Below are positions 27,163-37,654 of a stretch of 64,000 nucleotides of DNA, piece by piece. The notes beneath the pieces were generated by a model, which was not told the origin of the DNA, searched no databases, and saw only the letters and a program-made list of their open reading frames with translations. This stretch comes from a virus. The stretch is from the UHGV virus genome UHGV-0038492; one strand, given 5' to 3'. Position 1 is the first letter of the stretch. Every line of letters starts with the position of its first letter. The translations under genes and the position numbers were made by a program.

Positions 27163-29121
27163 ATGTCTGATTCATTAGACCAACGTCCTGGCAACGGACG
27201 CCGTCGTCTACAGACGGAACCTGTACAGGTTCACATCCCTGAGCTCGACTACAGCACTATGTCAGCGGACGATGGGATTATGGCCATTAAACGTGCCAAC
27301 CCACAACTGTCCTTTGCAGAAGCTGAAGAAGCGTACAAAGGACTGAACGTGGTGAAAGAAGAACATATTCTTCAACCGCCTACGTTCGAAGAAGAACCCC
27401 TTCCTGAATCTCTACAGACCGAACTGACAGGACAACCCGTCATTGCTGAAGTTGTAGAGCGTAAAGAAGTGGTCGTTGAAGAACGTAAGCCGGAACGTGT
27501 CCTGGTAGCGGAGAAAACGCGGGAAGAATATGTTCCACCGGCTCCTGAGCCTCAGGCACCTGCGGCGGATCACGAACCAGAAGCCACTCCCGCAGTAAAA
27601 GAGAAAGCTTCTACCGATCGTATCAACTTCGGCGATCAGCCCGTTCACGAAGAGTTCTCGGAAATGGAAGAGGACTCAGAAGCGGCGATTATGGCCAGCT
27701 TCCGCACGCTTATCGGTCTTTGCCAGGACCCGAACCTGGTTGGAAACGATCTGAAGAAATTCTTCTCAAGTATCCCAACGAGCAAAGACGGACGTCTGTT
27801 GTTCAAGTCCGAAGAACAGCGTGATTTGTACGAACGTCTGCGTCGTGCTCTGAATATGACGCCACCGCGTTTGCAGAATAACCTGCAAGCGTTCGATGTG
27901 GCTCTGTCGCGTGACGACACAGCGTGGGAACAGCGAGTACAGTTGCCGGGGATGAATAAACCGGTAGGTCTGATCAGTACCCGTCTCAACCAGCAGACAG
28001 GTGCAATTGCAGCCCTGCGTCGTCGTCGTAAATCCGGTATTCCTAACTGGGTATGGCTACCTGCTACGGGTATCTTTGTCGGTTTCCGTGCACCGCTGGA
28101 GCGCGAGATTTGTGACTTCGATATTGAACTGGCGTTAGAAACCGCGAAGATTGGGATGCAGACTTACGGTCTGATGCTCTCTGCATCTTCTGGTGTGTAC
28201 TTAAGCCACATGATCGAATTCGCTTTACGGTTTGTTACCGATTGCAGCTTAGACTGCGAAGGTAACGACATGAAGACCGTACTGATGGATACCATCGACA
28301 TTGCTGACTACTGGTTACTGTTAATCGGTGTTATGCAGGCGAAGTTCCCAGGTGGTTTACCGTGGACGCTGATTTGTGGTCACGAAGGTTGTGGCCATCA
28401 GGAAGACGTTCGTCTGAACCTGGCACGCTGTATCCGTATGGGGACTTCTCTGTATACGGATATTCAACGTAACCTGTGGGCACTTCAACGCGGTAAAGAC
28501 GACGCGACGATCACCCGTGCCGACCAACGTAAGTTCGTTGAAGAACACATCAAAGACCCATCGGCGATTTTCGAACAAGACGGGATTATCGTTAAGTTCG
28601 GTCGTTCTACTCTGGGTAAATTCTTCGACAACACCGAACGTTGGATTGAAGAAACCAACGCGGCCACAACCTCTGCGTTGGCAGAAAAAGGTACAGAACG
28701 TGAGCGTGAAGACCATTTACGCTTAACCGCTGAGGCACGTCGTCTAACCCGTTATGCGCACATGGTTGAATCTATCACCGTTATGGAAGAAATCTACGAC
28801 GGTGAAGAATCCCACGAAGAACCTATCGTAGAGAAAGATTACGATAAGATCGTCCAGATGTTGGAAGAACTGTCGTCCGATCGTAAATACGTGGCTAACT
28901 TCGAAGGCGCTATTGCGACGTACAACGACCGCAGCCGTCTGGCGGTGTTCGGGTATATGGGGCAACGTTGCCCAGCATGTGGTAAAGCCGATGAAGGCGA
29001 GAAAGAAGGTGTGTATCGTGGTATCGTAACGATTTCCCCGGACCGCGTTTTTTTCGAGCTATCTCGAGTGGTGTTCGAGATTCAGCGGTTTATGAGGGAT
29101 CAATTCGGCGTTACTGGCTAG
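27163..29121 (+). CDS. hypothetical protein with disordered acidic/Pro-rich N-terminus; possible frameshift extension into 29235..29543
   Basis: 652-aa ORF; TTTTTTC slippery heptamer at 29049..29055, 22 codons before the stop. Confidence 0.55.
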   Translation: MSDSLDQRPGNGRRRLQTEPVQVHIPELDYSTMSADDGIMAIKRANPQLSFAEAEEAYKGLNVVKEEHILQPPTFEEEPLPESLQTELTGQPVIAEVVERKEVVVEERKPERVLVAEKTREEYVPPAPEPQAPAADHEPEATPAVKEKASTDRINFGDQPVHEEFSEMEEDSEAAIMASFRTLIGLCQDPNLVGNDLKKFFSSIPTSKDGRLLFKSEEQRDLYERLRRALNMTPPRLQNNLQAFDVALSRDDTAWEQRVQLPGMNKPVGLISTRLNQQTGAIAALRRRRKSGIPNWVWLPATGIFVGFRAPLEREICDFDIELALETAKIGMQTYGLMLSASSGVYLSHMIEFALRFVTDCSLDCEGNDMKTVLMDTIDIADYWLLLIGVMQAKFPGGLPWTLICGHEGCGHQEDVRLNLARCIRMGTSLYTDIQRNLWALQRGKDDATITRADQRKFVEEHIKDPSAIFEQDGIIVKFGRSTLGKFFDNTERWIEETNAATTSALAEKGTEREREDHLRLTAEARRLTRYAHMVESITVMEEIYDGEESHEEPIVEKDYDKIVQMLEELSSDRKYVANFEGAIATYNDRSRLAVFGYMGQRCPACGKADEGEKEGVYRGIVTISPDRVFFELSRVVFEIQRFMRDQFGVTG

Positions 29122-29234
29122 ACCCGAGAGAGATTCCTTCAGACCACGTCATTAACACGCTTAAGTTAGACACCACCTCTTTATTCAAGCAACGCAGTAC
29201 CCGCCCTATCACTTATCAGGAAGCGCATGACGAA

Positions 29235-29543
29235 TTGTTAGGTGCCTACGATTTGTCGATAGGGTTGGACACCGGTTCAAAGCACGTCGGCTTGTCAGAT
29301 TTCGAAAACCCGGAATACGGGAGCTTACACGAAATCTGGATGGAAGTTTATTTGCGTGAGCAGATAAATGAACATTATCGGCTCTCGTTTGACGAGTGGC
29401 TTAATCGCCCTCGTTGGGAGATTATGATGATGCTCCGTGTGCTTAATCGTCGTAAAGCGTCGATTAAGAAAATCATGAACGATGTTGCTGGCAGTGACCC
29501 AGAACTGCAAAATCTTGAAAAAGAGCTTAAGTTGAAAGGTTGA
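29235..29543 (+). CDS. ORF lacking a convincing start; likely the C-terminal extension of 27163..29121 reached by -1 frameshift or a homopolymer indel
   Basis: TTG start with no RBS; same frame is stop-free back to 28995; protein-like translation across 29122..29234. Confidence 0.35.
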   Translation: MLGAYDLSIGLDTGSKHVGLSDFENPEYGSLHEIWMEVYLREQINEHYRLSFDEWLNRPRWEIMMMLRVLNRRKASIKKIMNDVAGSDPELQNLEKELKLKG

Positions 29544-29545
29544 AT

Positions 29546-29590
29546 TTAAGGGAGTCTTAATAGACTCCCTTAGCTTTTTCTTTTTTTTGC
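29546..29590 (+). terminator. rho-independent terminator
   Basis: 'aagggagtcttaatagactccctt' followed by T-run. Confidence 0.7.
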
Positions 29591-29622
29591 TTTGGTATGA
29601 ACCCCTTGTATTGGAAAAGGCT

Positions 29623-30474
29623 ATGATTGACATTTATACAGATTACGCCGCCGTTCTTACCGTCAATCGTTCGGAGGAACGTGCTGCACCGTTTCTGGAT
29701 TTAGTCACGCTTTGCATGGACTACGGATACGACGTTGCGTTAAGTGATGTGTACTGGCAACCGTCTTCTGACCCGGCAGACGAAACGGTTCGATTAGAAG
29801 GCATTATCGTTAAGTGTGCGGTAGCGTTAGGTAACCGTCTAGGGATAGCGTTAAATCCCCAGGAAGTTTACCATAAACCCAAAGAGACCGTACGTATTCT
29901 GGACGGTATTACTTCCAAGTTTGAAGAGTTTGAAGACACCGATACGCTTTACGGTATCGTGATGTCAGGCGAGACGCCGGAATACATTCTGGAAAGTATC
30001 TGTCGTTATGTTTACGGTGACGACAATATTCATTTCGAAGATTTGGTTGTTCGGGTGTCTCCTCGTGTAATGACCGTGATGAGAAACTACCTGTCTTCTG
30101 TGACCGTGGATGAACAATTAGCGGCAGGTAACGACAGACGTTTGTCTCGTATTGCTGATTACCTTCGTTTATATCCTCAAAACCCATCAGCATTTGTATT
30201 CCTTAACTTACCAGACCTGCCTGATTTGACCGTGGTTCAGCAGTCGCTGGTCTTCGATGTTGAAGACTACTCGGAAGCCGAGCTGTTGGAAATGTATGCA
30301 GTGGGCTTAACGATTATCGATAACGAGGATTACGAAGATGCGTATGGTGCGTTATCAGAGAACCTGGAGAAGCTCAACAACGAAGGGTTAAAACCTATTC
30401 CTATCTTGCAACCTGCTCTGGAAAGCTTGAAGGAGATTTATAAGGTGGCGGAGGAAGACAATGACGAGATTTGA
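29623..30474 (+). CDS. hypothetical acidic protein (start uncertain; track start 29587 lies in the terminator T-run)
   Basis: ATG at 29623; 3' end overlaps next gene. Confidence 0.45.
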   Translation: MIDIYTDYAAVLTVNRSEERAAPFLDLVTLCMDYGYDVALSDVYWQPSSDPADETVRLEGIIVKCAVALGNRLGIALNPQEVYHKPKETVRILDGITSKFEEFEDTDTLYGIVMSGETPEYILESICRYVYGDDNIHFEDLVVRVSPRVMTVMRNYLSSVTVDEQLAAGNDRRLSRIADYLRLYPQNPSAFVFLNLPDLPDLTVVQQSLVFDVEDYSEAELLEMYAVGLTIIDNEDYEDAYGALSENLEKLNNEGLKPIPILQPALESLKEIYKVAEEDNDEI

Positions 30475-31762
30475 GTTTCTGGTGGCGGCGTGTAAAGCCG
30501 AAGCCTGGCGTCGTTTAGTGTGGCGTATTGCAATATTCAACATGTCAGTGTTCCCGTCGAATCGTGAAGAACCTGAAGCGTTCGATATTACGTATATTGA
30601 CGGAATGCCGCACTACTACGCGGTAGAAGATGGGAAAGGAGATTGGCAGCCCATTACTGATGGCGTGAAAGACCAAGAACTGTTTATTCCTGAAGAACAG
30701 TTTGAGTTGAAAGTCGACGACTACCCAGGATTAGAAGGACCGATTCCTACTACCGTAGGGCGTTATATCTTTAACTGGGTTGTTATCTGGTATGCGTTTG
30801 GTACACGCTTGCCGTATATGGGTATTTCACAAAACCCGTTAGAGTATCGTAAAGAGATGCACCGTCGTTGTTTGGATCACGAAACCGATGAACCTGAGAA
30901 CGAAGGTGCTATTCGTCCGAGCATGATAGAACGCTTTGTAAGCGGTTTACACGAGCTTGCACCGTTAACCGCTGGTATTGCACCAACAGGTACACTTAGA
31001 AGCCTTACAGTGCATCCTGATGCGTATAAAATACGTGATGCGTTGCTATTAAAGCATAAGGACGAGTTAGACGACCCAGCGGTGATTGTTAAGATAGAAA
31101 AAGCACTGGACGAACTGGATAAACAGTGGTTGTCGGGTGACCAATCTATCGAGTTCTATAACTCACCGAAATCACGAATGCGTCGACGTAAGTTGATGCT
31201 GATGTACGGGATTGAATCGTCTTTCCAGGAAGGGGGTAACTATACGTTAATTCCTAACGCATTGGTGGAAGTCGATAAAGCGGGAATGGATAATCTGGTC
31301 GCGAAGTTTAACTCTATTCGTGAAGGTTCGTTCTCGCGTGGTGCGGAAACCGCGAAAGGTGGGGAACAGGTACGTATCATTCAGATGATTTTCCAGAACC
31401 ACCGAATCGTTACAGGTGACTGCGGGACGAAACTCACGCACCCTGTGGTTATCACAAAAGACAACGTAAAACGTTACGTTGGGATGAACGCGATGGTTAA
31501 TGGGAAACTAACCTCCCTGACGGAAGAGTTTTTGAATAGTCAGCTAGGGAAAGTTGTGCGCCTACGCCGACCCATCTTATGTCAATACGGCCACATCGAC
31601 TGCTGTACTGCGTGCTCCTCCGAAGCGAAAGGTGAAGAACCTCGCGCTATCGCAGCGGATATTTCGTCAGCGTTTTCTAACGTTATGTCCGTGGCAATGG
31701 CCGCAATGCACGGTAAAGAAACCGTCGTTCACGAATACGATCCGTTGATCCATATCACCTAA
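30461..31762 (+). CDS. second RNA polymerase beta-prime C-terminal-like protein
   Basis: 'RGAETAKGGEQ...TGDCGT' and 'ILCQYGHIDCCTACSSEAKGE' parallel the bridge-helix and C..YG..C..C elements seen in 22407..24506; GGAGGAAG upstream of ATG. Confidence 0.5.
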   Translation: MTRFEFLVAACKAEAWRRLVWRIAIFNMSVFPSNREEPEAFDITYIDGMPHYYAVEDGKGDWQPITDGVKDQELFIPEEQFELKVDDYPGLEGPIPTTVGRYIFNWVVIWYAFGTRLPYMGISQNPLEYRKEMHRRCLDHETDEPENEGAIRPSMIERFVSGLHELAPLTAGIAPTGTLRSLTVHPDAYKIRDALLLKHKDELDDPAVIVKIEKALDELDKQWLSGDQSIEFYNSPKSRMRRRKLMLMYGIESSFQEGGNYTLIPNALVEVDKAGMDNLVAKFNSIREGSFSRGAETAKGGEQVRIIQMIFQNHRIVTGDCGTKLTHPVVITKDNVKRYVGMNAMVNGKLTSLTEEFLNSQLGKVVRLRRPILCQYGHIDCCTACSSEAKGEEPRAIAADISSAFSNVMSVAMAAMHGKETVVHEYDPLIHIT

Positions 31763-31774
31763 GGATTATTAGTA

Positions 31775-32284
31775 ATGGCAACCAAAGACATTTCTACCCA
31801 AGATGCTCGTCCTGCTGCTGTTAAGCGCTCCGCAGAAGCGGCAGTAGCTTATAGCCAAGATGACTCTTATCAGGTAAACCTTATTGCTGCGCAGTTAGAC
31901 GAAGCAGGGAATACCATCGGCACCAACAAACCGAAAAATACGTCGGAAGCAGATGACGCTTTCCGTAAACTGCATCAGTCTTTCCGTAGCCTGTTTGAAC
32001 TGCGCGGTCAAGCGTTTATCGACGCTTTTAACGTTTTCGTTGCTGCTGCGATTAAACACAAGCGTAGCATCTTCTATTACCCGAATGTGAACTACCACCT
32101 GGATTGGTTCCACGATTCTGCTGAACGTGAAACTTACGTGGTGTTTATCAACATGCTGGTACGTTTTGCTAACTCTCAAGATAAAGCAAACTTCGCACAG
32201 CGTGACAACGTTAACCGTCTGCTGCAACGCGTAACTGACCCAGAACTGCAACAGCTGCTGGCGTACTGCTTCAACGCGGCTTAA
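31775..32284 (+). CDS. hypothetical protein
   Basis: 169 aa; RBS 'aaggattattagtaATG'; optimised codons. Confidence 0.6.
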   Translation: MATKDISTQDARPAAVKRSAEAAVAYSQDDSYQVNLIAAQLDEAGNTIGTNKPKNTSEADDAFRKLHQSFRSLFELRGQAFIDAFNVFVAAAIKHKRSIFYYPNVNYHLDWFHDSAERETYVVFINMLVRFANSQDKANFAQRDNVNRLLQRVTDPELQQLLAYCFNAA

Positions 32285-32289
32285 TAAGC

Positions 32290-32332
32290 ATTACCCTACT
32301 CCTCTCGGGAGTAGGGTAGCTTTTATTTTTTC
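32290..32332. terminator. bidirectional terminator between convergent genes
   Basis: 'taccctactcctctcgggagtagggta' followed by T-run; near-duplicate of the hairpin at 37655. Confidence 0.7.
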
Positions 32333-34114
32333 TTAGTGAGTGGTTTTGATGTATTCAAACGGATCGGTAACGGTTTCTCCCTGACGACGTAAGAATGCTT
32401 CTAACACAACGTTCTTATCCGGCAGTAAGAAGAAGTCCGTTGCGATTTCCATTGCATTAACACGCCCTGCGGTAAGGTTAATCCCTACACGACGACGTAC
32501 TTCTTCAGGAACACCATGAATACTCAGCAACTCGATTAACGTTGTTTCACGAGACTGGTTCATCATGTTCGTTGCAGAAGGATACGCCTGGGTTAAGTCC
32601 GCATCTGCGGTTTGCCCACGGAAAGCAGTGTAGAAATCATCAAACTCTTTAATGATTCCTCGCAGACCGTTTTCTGCGTTCATACACGCAGTTAACGTAA
32701 CAATCCAACCGTCCGTACCGATAACTTCTTCATCGAAATCATTACGCATTGCACTACCTACACAACCGATAACCAATCCTTGTTCATAAAGGTAATAGGT
32801 GTAAGCAATACAAATACGTTTTGGTAACGAAGGGAAGATATCGTACATCGAATAACCTGCCAGTACGGAAATTGCCGAAGACAAGTCGTTCGTCTTTTTA
32901 TCCAACAACACAATCATCAGGTTATCGAAGATGTTATAAACGCAGTATTCGAGCGGGAACTCTTTCTGTGCTTTTAAGTGCCATTCCAGTTTCTCCTCGT
33001 AAGGCAACTCTGGCAAGTCTAACTTGTTTAAGCCCAGTTCGGTTTCCAGAATAGCGTTAAGTTTGTAAGAAGGACGTTGGCCTTCGTGAACACGCAGTGA
33101 ACGAAATAGACACATTGCATCCACACAGTAGAACGATGCGGTACAATAAAGTACGTGCCACTGTTGTGAAGGTGCTTTGGTCAGTGATTTCGATTCCGTT
33201 TTCTTCGATGCTTCGTCTTTCTTGAAGTAAACACGACGGTATTGTTTCGGTACATCAGGATGGCAAAAGACGTCTTCTGGTGGAATCCCTGCGGCTTCCA
33301 GTGCTTCTAACATGCGTGAAATATCGAACTCGTGGTTCCATGCAACTAATAAGTCAGGTAGACGAGGGTGAATCTCTTCAAACATGCGTTGAATACAGCA
33401 GCCAGAGTTTAAGCATTCGTAAACGAAGATTTTATATCCGTCGATAACGTCTTTGATTTCAGTCTTAGGATTGCCTTCTTTGTCTTTGCCACGAAAAGCA
33501 ATTTTAGAAAGTAACTCCTTCGCACGTTTAATTAGTCGCGCTTCGAAGTTCTCACGGCCACAACGCGCAACGTAGTCTTTCGTTGCGAAGAAATGAATTT
33601 CGTCATCCAAAACAAAACTCATAATCCAAGGGTCTCGAGATTTGTCTTCTTCTCGAGTTTCCACGTCGTATACACAAATACGGTTAGGTGAAACGGCGTT
33701 AGGCCATTTCTTTACATACCTTTCTTTAATCCAGCTGGTGATAGGTAAGTCAGCCCAGTATACGTACGGAGAGGTACAGACTTGGCGTAATGAACGTTTT
33801 TTGTCAGGAAATCTTGCCCCTAGACCCATCTGGATAGTTTGTGACATCATCACATCCGTGGTCATGTATTCCTGACACTTACTGCGTTCTTCGTATTCTT
33901 TCTTTTCTTGATGGTTACGGTGTTGTGGTAAAGTAATGTAGATAGGCCGTTTCAGATTTTCACGCATGACGATACGCGGGATGAATCTGCCATCTTTAGT
34001 ATGGACGACCTCCTTTATGAGCACGAAGTCGTTTTCTTTCTGCTGATCGGTTGCGTACGAAACAAATTTGCACTCTTTGGCAATAACGTCTTCCGGTGCG
34101 TAATAGTTATTCAT
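32333..34114 (-). CDS. family-B DNA polymerase, N-terminal fragment (3'-5' exonuclease domain plus motif A)
   Basis: Exo I 'YDVET', Exo II 'WNHEFD', Exo III 'YNIFD', motif A-like 'DADLTQAYPSA'; ORF ends ~70 aa after motif A with no motif B or C; start set at MNNYY (track start 34249). Confidence 0.55.
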   Translation of the reverse strand: MNNYYAPEDVIAKECKFVSYATDQQKENDFVLIKEVVHTKDGRFIPRIVMRENLKRPIYITLPQHRNHQEKKEYEERSKCQEYMTTDVMMSQTIQMGLGARFPDKKRSLRQVCTSPYVYWADLPITSWIKERYVKKWPNAVSPNRICVYDVETREEDKSRDPWIMSFVLDDEIHFFATKDYVARCGRENFEARLIKRAKELLSKIAFRGKDKEGNPKTEIKDVIDGYKIFVYECLNSGCCIQRMFEEIHPRLPDLLVAWNHEFDISRMLEALEAAGIPPEDVFCHPDVPKQYRRVYFKKDEASKKTESKSLTKAPSQQWHVLYCTASFYCVDAMCLFRSLRVHEGQRPSYKLNAILETELGLNKLDLPELPYEEKLEWHLKAQKEFPLEYCVYNIFDNLMIVLLDKKTNDLSSAISVLAGYSMYDIFPSLPKRICIAYTYYLYEQGLVIGCVGSAMRNDFDEEVIGTDGWIVTLTACMNAENGLRGIIKEFDDFYTAFRGQTADADLTQAYPSATNMMNQSRETTLIELLSIHGVPEEVRRRVGINLTAGRVNAMEIATDFFLLPDKNVVLEAFLRRQGETVTDPFEYIKTTH

Positions 34115-34185
34115 GTTTTCACTCTCAAATCTAGCGGCTGCTATACTGATTTGTGGGTAATGTAATTTCTCAAAAGGAAACACAA

Positions 34186-35520
34186 ATGGGATACTGGCAA
34201 AATCACATTGCATCAGTTGCGGATGCAAAGGTTGTAGCCGCAGAATCAATTAAATTCCAAGATAAAAAGAAACTCGCAGAACTGGCAGACATTATTGCTA
34301 AATTTCGTGCAGCCGGAGACTTCAGTCCGGCCGGTTACGAGAGTTCTGGCGTTTCTGATTGGGTATTTAAAACCAACGGCATTAGCATTAACTTTAAGAA
34401 CGGTAGCGAACTCGGATTATTCGACGTTGCCTTCGCAGGTGTAGAACCGCCTAAACTGGACGCGAACAGTCCGGTCATTGCGTCAATGGCGCGTGCACTG
34501 TACGCAGGCAATAAAGACCTGGATATGTACAGTAAGTTTATTAAAGAAAACGAACTGAACAGCACCATTGACGATTCCAGTGCGAAAATCAGCGGTGATT
34601 TAAGCAAAGTCGCTTCCCCGCTCTATCTGACTCCGGTGTTGTTAGAGAAGCTGGAGCTGACCGATTTGGAGGTTGCTGCGGTAATCCTTCACGAAGTCGG
34701 GCACGTTTATTATTACTTCCGTACGCTGATGCGAACCGTGGTAACGGATTTACTGGCAGACGCTGCGGCTAACCGTATCATGGAAAGCGAAGACCCAGCT
34801 GTTCGTTTACGTGTGGTTAAAGACGTTGAACGAATGCTGAACACGAAAGTGAATCAGCCTGAGACCATCTGCACTGAGTACAAGAAAGAAAACGTCTACA
34901 TGCATCTGGTAACAGATTTGCTGTTAGACCGTCCGTTCATTACCGGTAGTCAAGGCTTTGCAAACCGTACCTGGGAACGTGCTGCTGACGACTTCGCTGC
35001 CCGTTTTGGTGCGGCCCCGTACTTAGCTTCTGCGCTGTACAAAATGGAAACCAGCCCGTTCTATCTACTGCGTAACTCGTCGTATATGAACATGGGCGTC
35101 CACCTGACGATTGAGTTGTTCCGTGTGACTGCGCTGATTGCTCAAGCCGCCATTCCGATTCTTCCGGTTATCTCTGTTACGTTCGGGATGATTCTGAACG
35201 ACCCAGATAACACCATCTACGATCCGCCGCAGGAACGTTTTGAAGCGATGCGTCGTACGCTGGTAGAAGAACTGAATACCATCAAAGACAAAAACACGAA
35301 AGCGGCTAACGAGCAACGTAAACGTATTCTGGATGGTATCGCGGTAATTGACCGAATTCTCCTTACGGTTAAAGACAAAGATAACCTGTATCAGTTTATC
35401 TGGAAGACGCTGACACCGAAAGGGCGTCGTGACCGTGCTGCGGTGGATTATCAGCGCGCTATCGGGAAGTATATGTCGAATGACCTCCGTATCGCATCTG
35501 CCATGTTTAACGTCGATTAA
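34186..35520 (+). CDS. hypothetical protein
   Basis: start moved to ATG with AAAGGAAA upstream (track start 34153 is GTG). Confidence 0.55.
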   Translation: MGYWQNHIASVADAKVVAAESIKFQDKKKLAELADIIAKFRAAGDFSPAGYESSGVSDWVFKTNGISINFKNGSELGLFDVAFAGVEPPKLDANSPVIASMARALYAGNKDLDMYSKFIKENELNSTIDDSSAKISGDLSKVASPLYLTPVLLEKLELTDLEVAAVILHEVGHVYYYFRTLMRTVVTDLLADAAANRIMESEDPAVRLRVVKDVERMLNTKVNQPETICTEYKKENVYMHLVTDLLLDRPFITGSQGFANRTWERAADDFAARFGAAPYLASALYKMETSPFYLLRNSSYMNMGVHLTIELFRVTALIAQAAIPILPVISVTFGMILNDPDNTIYDPPQERFEAMRRTLVEELNTIKDKNTKAANEQRKRILDGIAVIDRILLTVKDKDNLYQFIWKTLTPKGRRDRAAVDYQRAIGKYMSNDLRIASAMFNVD

Positions 35521-35534
35521 GTAAAGGTAAAACC

Positions 35535-35978
35535 ATGACGCATAAAGTTTCTCTGAATTCGTTAGTTCTGGATTTTAAACGTGCTAACGAAGGTAAAGGT
35601 GTTCAGGCGCAGCGTGCCCTGACTGGCCTGGTTGCATTCTCGCTGGCGTATAATGCCGATATGCCAGACAACGGACCGTATGGTTCTAACGAAGTTTCAC
35701 AAATCAAACTTCGTCCACTGATGAAAAACGTGGTATCCGACGTTAACGAGCTTTACTGCGTTGACTTAGGCACTATTGAAGACCTGACCGTTGCGTTGTT
35801 CTGTAACCGTTACGACAGCGCCTGGGGTGGACGTCGTGCAATTGAAAACTTCTCCGTACGTGAGATTTTCAACGAAGCCTTAGGTGATGATGTTTGGAAC
35901 ACCGTCAACCTGTGGCTGGAACGTTTTGTCGACGCAGTGAAATTCTACATGGATGAAACGCGAGGCAAATTATCATGA
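35535..35978 (+). CDS. hypothetical protein
   Basis: 147-aa ORF with RBS 'aaaggtaaaaccATG'. Confidence 0.55.
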   Translation: MTHKVSLNSLVLDFKRANEGKGVQAQRALTGLVAFSLAYNADMPDNGPYGSNEVSQIKLRPLMKNVVSDVNELYCVDLGTIEDLTVALFCNRYDSAWGGRRAIENFSVREIFNEALGDDVWNTVNLWLERFVDAVKFYMDETRGKLS

Positions 35979-37648
35979 GCATGGAAATGACAGCAAACAT
36001 TGCACAACCGCAATGGAAACTCGACGAACTTCCAACCATTATCGAACAGCGAATGGAAGAACGTATCGATTCTGTCAGCCAGCTCAACCTCTACATGCAG
36101 CGTAACGAAGCCGATTTGATTTACGGTTCACGTATTATCGCGCAGATTGAAGCGATTCTTCGTGAAGTTCGTAAAGCGGGTCTAAATCGTGACGTTGCCG
36201 TAGCGACGGAATCTTTGCGTCCAGGTACCATTCCAAAAGCAGTGCAAAGCATCCTGACGTCGAATTACAGCCGTACCCATCAGAAAGAAACCGTCATCGC
36301 GTTAGAGTCTTACGCAAACTTCGGTAAGATCAGTCTTATCGTGATGGTAATGATGGGGATTATGAAAATCCTGAACTGGATTATCAGTAACGCTGTACCG
36401 TTTGCAGGGGCTGCTGACGTGGATGGGGACGAGTATCGTGACAAGCTCTTAGAGAAGATCGATGCGGTTCCTTTCTTTGAACGTCTGAAAATTACCGCGC
36501 TGAAAGAAGCGTATATGGACGCATCGAAGGGACTGAAAGACGGCGAACTGAATAACCTGGAATTGGCTATTCTGATGGCGGATGAAGTCCTGACGAACAT
36601 GAACGCGGAAGACCTGCTGAACAAGCTCAGTGCGGCACTGGGTCGTTCTCCGTTCGTAGGGATGTTTAAAGACTACACGAAACGCCGTCAGAACGAACAG
36701 CAGGTTATCCACGATATCCTCGATACGTTGCTGCGTACCAATATCGGTTGTGCAGTATTCAGTCAGCAGGTTTGTGACGAAGTGTACAAAGGTTTACCGG
36801 CGGACGTTCGTAAAGCAGGTGTCAACATTCCTAACGAAGCGTTCTACCGCCAGATGGGAAGAAACCTGGAGAACTTCTCCGCAGGGTTAAAACGTTTAGA
36901 ACAGTCGTTAAAAGACCTCAAGACCTATTACTTCTCGGGTGACCGTAGGCTGGGTACGGATCAAGAAAACCGTATTAGCGCAACGGGCATCGTTCAAGCA
37001 CTGGCGTTGCTTAACGGTGAAATTGAAATAGGGTTAACTGATTTTGCATCGTGCCGTGGCGCACCCTTACCGACGATAATGGTGAAATCCGATCGTGACT
37101 TAATCGGCTATTCATCTCGTGAGTTCGGTAATGGTTTCATTATCGCTTCTGCGGGCGTTAACTCGTATTTCGGTTCTGCGGCTAACATGGAAATTATGCG
37201 CCAGGAGCTGAGCTTTACCAGCGGTGATTCTCGTGAACTGTTAGCGTGTCTGATTACGTTAGCTCGTAGCGGTATTACCAAAGGGCCAGCCGATACGTCT
37301 CTTGACCGTTTCAAAGTGGTAGAGAAACAGATCGAGAAAGTGGTTAGCCAGTTGAAAGACATGTCTCGCCAATCTCGCTCTGGTATGAACAGCAAAGCTT
37401 GGCAGATGATGGAACAAGCGTTCCGTGACGAAGCACAACGTTCAGAACTGTACGAATTGGACATTGGTCGTGAACTGACGACGATGACCGTGATGGACCC
37501 AGACCGAAACGTGTGGGATTCTGTTGCGTTTACAACGGAACTGATTAAGTCCTGGACAACTGCCGCCGGTGCGCTGGCGACGATTCTGAAACGGGCTAAG
37601 AACAACCCGCTGGTAAAAGGTGGGAAGTTTAATAAACTCGTCGACTAA
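35975..37648 (+). CDS. hypothetical protein with hydrophobic segment
   Basis: 557-aa ORF, ATGA overlap with upstream stop. Confidence 0.55.
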   Translation: MSMEMTANIAQPQWKLDELPTIIEQRMEERIDSVSQLNLYMQRNEADLIYGSRIIAQIEAILREVRKAGLNRDVAVATESLRPGTIPKAVQSILTSNYSRTHQKETVIALESYANFGKISLIVMVMMGIMKILNWIISNAVPFAGAADVDGDEYRDKLLEKIDAVPFFERLKITALKEAYMDASKGLKDGELNNLELAILMADEVLTNMNAEDLLNKLSAALGRSPFVGMFKDYTKRRQNEQQVIHDILDTLLRTNIGCAVFSQQVCDEVYKGLPADVRKAGVNIPNEAFYRQMGRNLENFSAGLKRLEQSLKDLKTYYFSGDRRLGTDQENRISATGIVQALALLNGEIEIGLTDFASCRGAPLPTIMVKSDRDLIGYSSREFGNGFIIASAGVNSYFGSAANMEIMRQELSFTSGDSRELLACLITLARSGITKGPADTSLDRFKVVEKQIEKVVSQLKDMSRQSRSGMNSKAWQMMEQAFRDEAQRSELYELDIGRELTTMTVMDPDRNVWDSVAFTTELIKSWTTAAGALATILKRAKNNPLVKGGKFNKLVD

Positions 37649-37654
37649 AAAAGA

